Assembly: GCA_951406725.2 (NCBI GenBank)
Contig: OX597814.1
Location: 72,850,001 to 72,914,000, forward strand
Length of the DNA: 64,000 bases
DNA from: Octopus vulgaris
Taxonomy: Eukaryota
Direction of reading: 5' to 3'
Both the position numbers and the translations under genes were made by a program. Of the stretch, positions 58,410 through 64,000 are shown piece by piece. Positions within the stretch are counted from its first letter, which is position 1. Each line of letters opens with the position of its first letter. The notes under the pieces are model-generated. The model ran no database searches. It saw only the letters and a program-made list of their open reading frames with translations, and was not told where the DNA came from.

Positions 58410-59632
58410 CTTTTCCATTGGCACCATACCAGAAAATTTAGGGAGGAAGGTGGTGATTTAATTAAAACAGACTCTTATTTTATCAACACTGGAAAGATGA
58501 AAGTCAAAGTTAGCCTCAATGAGTTTTGACTCAAAAAGTAGGACATTGAATATTTTAAGGCAGTTGTTAAGGCAGAAAGCAGTAAAACAACAACAACAGC
58601 AATAATGAAAAACAATAATCATCTAAACAGATTAAGTTTAAACTATCAAAAGTTGAGATTTTCATTAAGATGAAAGCCATTTTGTATATTTTTATAGCTA
58701 CTGTTATTATCATAATAACTATTTCATATCTAACAATCAGGGGAAAATTCAGCAATGTAGCTATAGAATATAGACCATAGATTAATATGGCAACAAGTAA
58801 AAACAAATGTGACTGGCTTTCCATCATAAAAAAAACAAAAAAACAGACTGGGTTCCTTGGCAAGAAACTCTTGTGATCTTTATGCTTAAGAATATAAGCA
58901 AAACATTTCTAGCTTGAAACTGAGACCAAATTAAAAATTTACTGTTATGCAAGGGGAAATGAAACAAAAATAATAATTCCTAACATAAGCACAAACCTAA
59001 AAAAATTCAGTTAAGAGTATGATTGATTAAACTGATACTAACATGTTACTGATGATACTTCTGATACTTTTTACTGTTTTTCAGATAAGTGAAAAATGTG
59101 ATTTCAACTCAAAACATAAATGGAAGCATTTTGTCTGGTGCCCTACTATTTCTGCCATCCACTACTTTATTTGTCACAATAATAATTTTTAACATTTCCA
59201 TAATAGATTGAGAAAGATAGAAATGTAATTTATTTAACTCCAATATATAATTGAAACTTATGTTATTGACACTCCACCCACCCTGGAAGGATGAAAGTTA
59301 CAATCAACCCTGACAGGTTTTAAACAAAGAGTGTAAAGAGATGCAACTGAATATGACAAGGCATTTTGTCAAACATGATGAATTTGCTACCTAGCATAAT
59401 TTATAATAATAAAATAATCGTAATTGCTTCTTAAATAGGCACAAGGCCAGAAATTTGAGACGGGAGGGAAAGTCGATTTATATCCCAGTATTTGACTGAT
59501 ATTTTTCAATCCCAGAAGGATGAAAAGCAAATCTGACCTTAGTAGGATTTAAACTCAGAATGTAAAAAATCAGAAGTAAATACCACAGGGTATTTTCTGA
59601 CGATCTACTGATGATTCTGCCAATCTACTGAC
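58410..59632 (-). repeat. Cluster of about four degenerate SINE family A copies downstream of the MMD stop
   Basis: Cores at about 58490, 59080, 59286 and 59515, separated by (AAT)-rich linkers. Confidence 0.6.
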
Positions 59633-59633
59633 T

Positions 59634-59676
59634 TAATAATAATAATAATAATAATAATAATTATAATAATAACAAT
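59634..59676. repeat. (AAT)n microsatellite in the presumed MMD 3' UTR
   Basis: taataataataataataataataataattataataataacaat. Confidence 0.85.
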
Positions 59677-59914
59677 AAAAATAGAAAGTGGAAGGAAAGT
59701 AAATTGAAAAAGAGTGTGTAGAATTCAAAATTGTCAACAATATTATCAATAACAACTGTAACAACATCAACAGAAGAAAGTGCTGCAAATTAAAAAAGAT
59801 GCAAAAAAAAAATAATTGAAAAATGTAGAGGTAATTGTTTTTGGAAAAAATGTCAAAATGCATTTTGGTTGCTAATTTCATAGAATCATGATAAATATAA
59901 TGGAAAGACCGAAG

Positions 59915-60130
59915 TTAAAAGGTATCTGTTACAATTGGCATCTGCTTGTGAACATCATGACCCATCAAGTAAGTACTGATGGCATAGAAATGGAAGGTGG
60001 CACCAACGAATACAAAACAATGCCAGATGGCATGGGCAAATGGTATGATTCCATCACACTTGAAAAATACAACACCAGTAGCATATGTTATTCCACCAAG
60101 AGTCAATTCATACAAACCAGAAGTTTCTTT
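59915..60130 (-). CDS. MMD: MMD-like terminal coding exon
   Basis: tttcag|[13 protein letters not shown]...[19 protein letters not shown]...VTDTF-TAA. Confidence 0.95.
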   Translation of the reverse strand, partial: KETSGLYELTLGGITYATGVVFFKCDGIIPFAHAIWHCFVFVGATFHFYAISTYLMGHDVHKQMPIVTDTF

Positions 60131-63100
60131 CTGAAATTAGAAAAGGAATGAGTGAAATCAAAAAAGAGTTTAAAAAAATATATCTAAGACAATGAAGGAA
60201 AGTATAATTTTCATCATCATTGATGTGACACTATGTTCATACAATTTAAATGCGGCGTTTCATGTGGCTATCATACATCATCCTTTTTATGTGATCAAAA
60301 TTTACCAACTTCATTCTGACTTCTCAGATCTTCCTTGGTTTATCTTCTATCATCACCCAATACACACATATTTTCATTATATGCCCATACAACTTACTTG
60401 TACAGTAGAAAATCTGCTTGATCTCCCTCTCTTTTCTAATTGATAATCAGTATGTACCAGGTTATATACTTTCATTTAAGTGGATGGAACCAGTTAAAGT
60501 TAGGTGTTTTAATCATGGAAACTGAGCCGCATATACAAGTCAACAACTGAAACTTCAGTCATTTGAAACTCTCAGTCTTAAAATTACCAGCACTAAAGTT
60601 GTGAATAATTAAAGAAATAGTTAAGAGGGAATTTGGTCACTTTACTCTGACAAAAAATGGAGCAGGGTAAAGGAAAATAAGTGTTAAATAGATTATACAT
60701 ACCATTGCTAATACTGTTACAGACGGACCCACTCCAATGATTACATAAAGCAATGTCTCCAACCATTTATATCTGAAATGGGATTATTCAATTTTTTAGA
60801 TGAAACAAAATGCAAAATTTTATTCAGTTTTTACAGTTTTACATCCATTTATGCAAACATTCTTCAATTCTTTTACTGATTTTATTTGTTGGACTGCTAT
60901 GCTGGGACACCACATTTAAAGGGATTTTTTTAGTCAATCACATCAGGTTTCACTATTCGTTAATATCTGATACTTATTTCATTGATAGGCTCAGTTAACA
61001 TTTTGACTGAACACAGCATTTCTTTTTTTAATGTGTAGCAATATGCAGCAATTTTTTGTGTGAAACAAAACTTCAAATATGGTTATAAACAAACACACAG
61101 GATGTACTCTCTGCAATGTTTGTATACACACACACACAATGGACTCCCTACAATTTTTGTACACACACACACACACACAAGGTACTATTCAAAGTAAGGG
61201 TATAGTCAAAAGTATTACTCCTAGAACCCAGAACTTCATAGCTGTGACCTGAATTTCTTAAGACAACCATGCTTGGGTGGGATTTTGTTTTTATGTGTAG
61301 GAGATATATAGCTATATCACCTTCTAACTTTTGCAGTCAGGCAAACTCTGCAGAACAAATATTCTACACTTTGTTTAGAGATACAACACTTGACCTTAAG
61401 GTCATAATGTCAACAGACCTGCATCTTCTTAACATTACAGTCTCTCAATCTATTAACACAAGAAATTGTAAAAATATCAGGCTTAATAATTGAAGAATGA
61501 ATTTAAACATTAAGTTCACTACTTCTAGTGAGCACATTGTTTTACTGCAGACATTTTAACACTTCCTTTGTGTTTCTTCTTCAGTTCTTTTGATTATCTT
61601 TGTCTTTTAAATCTTGTAATCCTTTTTTTTGTAATATTGTCCTGCATTACTTTCTTCTCATTAGGTGTTCCATCTTGTTACACTTTGCCATTTATTTTAA
61701 ATCTTGTTTGAACTGATACTGATAATTAGCTTTGGTATTTATCATGCATAAGCATGTATTTCTTTGTATATTCTGACAATGTTCTTTCTCTGGCTACTCA
61801 TACCGTCTCAACTTCTCATTCTACAAGAATCACAAGTTTAGGTTTAAATTTTACTTTTATTTTCGGCTCTATTTTAGTTTTTTTCTTTGATTCTTTTCTT
61901 CCTTACTGATTTCTTTACTTTTTTCCATTCTCTCTCTGTCCATAAGGATTTTGGAGGCCATGTTACTATTTCACTGATCATTCCACAATATAATATTCCT
62001 TTTTGCTATTCATACTCAACATCATTTAATAATGTGCTTTGTTTAAGTTTCATTTTGTTTTTTTTGTGATGTTTGCTTATATTTCTCAATTTGCCATGAT
62101 TCATAGCTATATTATTAGTTTCACCAATAATATTCTTCTTCCTACTATATCTTCATCCCCTATTTGTTGATAATGTCTTTCCTTCCTTCCATTGCATTTT
62201 ATTATCTGTTCTTCCTTTATTTTCTCAGTGTTAGATCCTTTATCCAAATATATATCTCAGAAGCATTTATATTGACCTGTAACCATACACTAAAGCTACA
62301 GTTCTAAATTGTTAATGGTGAGCAGCCCCTGTCAGAATGATAGTTATGACAACTCACACCTTTGACATCTCATATATGTTAAAATCTGGCCTGGCTCTCT
62401 GTTGGTTGTGTGAAGTAAAGAATGACAGTCATGTCAGATCATATCTTTTATATATGATAAAAAATCCTAATTGCAAACAAAACAGGCCAAGGTAGACTTT
62501 GCTTTCTAAGGATTTATTTTGAATGGTGGTTAATCCAAGACAGAGTTTAAATCTAGTGAAGATATTGAAATCATAGTTAATTTGGTAATACGTTCTTGAG
62601 ATTTATCAGACAGAGCATCATTTCAAATTTGTAATTTACAGTGATCTATGACACAGAGGTTAGGCATGTAAAGGGCTTTCAGTTTAATATGAGGGGGTAA
62701 CCAAAAGAAACTAGGACAAGACCAGTGTAATTCAGGCTTCCACCACTAGAAGCTATTTGATGTGACCCTCAGGCATCAGTATGCTGACCAGCATTGTCAA
62801 GTGTAGTCCTACTGCCACGTGGTGCATCTTTGCATTGCAGTGGTTCTTCCCTGTTTGATGATTTTTGCAATGGCTGAAAAGAAGGAACAGCATGTTTCCA
62901 TGAAATTCTGTTTTCTGCTGGGGAAAACGGCGGCCAAAACAGTTGTTATGCTAGAAGCATACAGCTTACAAGGATGCTGCCATGAGCAAAACACAAGTTC
63001 ACAAGTAGTTTTTACACTTTAGGAATGGTCACTTGTCGCTTGAAGACTAACCTCGTTCAGGATGTCCGTCAACCTCCCAAACAAATGAAAATATCACAAA

Positions 63101-63733
63101 AATTCATGAACTGATTTTGGAGGACCATCACCAAACAATTGATGAACTTGTTGAAAAGACTGGTGTGTCCAATGAATTTTGAGTGAGGAATTTTGAATGA
63201 AAACAGTTGCAACAAAATTTGTGCCTTGCTTGCTCACAGAAGTTCAAAAGAAGTCATGACTGAATGTGTATCATGAACTGAAAAAATAGTTGGAAGTTGA
63301 TCTTTTTTCAAAAGTCATGACTAGTGATGAAAGCTAGTGCTACAGAATTTGCAGATGTGGAAGAGGTGAAGAAAAAAAATCATAGAGGCATTAAAAAGCT
63401 TCACTTCGCAAGAGATTCAGCACTGTTTCAAACAGTGGAAAGCATGTCTGGACTGATGCATTGCTTCAAACGCAGAATACTTTGAAAGTGACAAAAGTTT
63501 AAACATGTAAAACTAAGTGAATAAAATAATATTGCAAAATTCCAGTTCCTTTTGTGTACCCCCTCATATACAACAGCTGTTAACACATTCAAATATGGAA
63601 GATCCACAAGGTAGTATGGATTAAAACTTACTTTTCGTGGAACATATATTGGTAGGAGATACCCATCATAGCTAACATCCAAATTAACCATCGTACTTGA
63701 ACACCCCAGTTTTCCATATCTTTCAATAATAGC
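59915..63733 (-). CDS. MMD: MMD/MMD2-like (PAQR11/PAQR10, haemolysin-III family) membrane protein, 3' part: complement(join(59915..60130,60703..60772,63632..63733)); upstream exons lie beyond the window
   Basis: Spliced peptide (W)[97 protein letters not shown]...HFYAI. [19 protein letters not shown] is the MMD-family signature. Phases 2-2, 2-0 and 0-stop are consistent. Confidence 0.93.
60703..60772 (-). CDS. MMD: MMD-like penultimate coding exon
   Basis: tttcag|A TAT AAA TGG TTG GAG ACA...GCA ATG|gtatgt, [23 protein letters not shown]. Confidence 0.92.
62690..63566 (+). mobile_element. Internally deleted mariner of the same family, with both TIRs and TA TSD, in an MMD intron
   Basis: TA|TGAGGGGGTAACCAAAAGAAACTAGGA ... 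TCCAGTTCCTTTTGTGTACCCCCTCA|TA. Colinear with 6235-7470 but lacks the catalytic segment after TSDES. Confidence 0.9.
63632..63733 (-). CDS. MMD: MMD-like antepenultimate coding exon
   Basis: ttatag|G CTA TTA TTG AAA GAT...TTC CAC GAA AA|gtaagt on the - strand. Confidence 0.9.
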
Positions 63734-64000
63734 CTATAATAATAATCATATTACAATTAAAAATAAATGTTTTTTACAATTTTTATTTTACTTAGATCTT
63801 TTTTGATAAACAATTTTGGTAAACAATTTAATTTTTCAAGATGTTTCAGCTTATGTCAGTCTTGATTGAGCAGAACTCTAATCAAAGACATTTCAACCAT
63901 AACCATCCTACATTGTCCATTGTCTTTCTTTTTTAAGACCATGCGGTGTCATCTGGGATGATTTTGTAGCTATCTCTAGCAAGTCAAGCAACCATATACA

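Noticed and set aside
61550-62230. Purine-rich - strand stretch possibly from an old LINE endonuclease
   Set aside because: Too degenerate to read convincing motifs by eye, so left unannotated
63428-63691. ORF-track peptide [11 protein letters not shown]... on the - strand
   Set aside because: Wrong frame. The real MMD exon (63632-63733) is read in another frame, and the rest is intron and mariner end.

Overview
AT-rich, intron-rich, repeat-dense animal genomic DNA. The repeat families look like those of coleoid cephalopods/Octopus (inference, not checked). The + strand carries the complete coding region of a USP54-like (USP53/USP54/echinus family) deubiquitinase: 17 coding exons from 3632 to 43030, spliced by hand into one 5064-nt ORF (1687 aa). 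The model includes one GC-AG intron. The protein has an intact Cys/His/Asp set, a MIT-like helical domain and several short motifs. The - strand carries the last three coding exons of an MMD/MMD2 (PAQR/haemolysin-III family) gene (59915-63733), convergent with USP54. Introns and intergenic DNA hold decayed mobile elements: piggyBac, two mariners, three RTE-clade LINE remnants (one with a PHD-like finger), an R4/Dong-like LINE, two non-autonomous Helitrons, a TTAGGG-containing MITE with a 6-bp TSD, and many SINEs. The least explained signal is a chain of splice-site-bounded, protein-like but decayed exons on the - strand between the two genes (about 48000-58222). No prokaryotic-type system (CRISPR, operon) is present. 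Repeat coordinates are approximate unless termini are stated.
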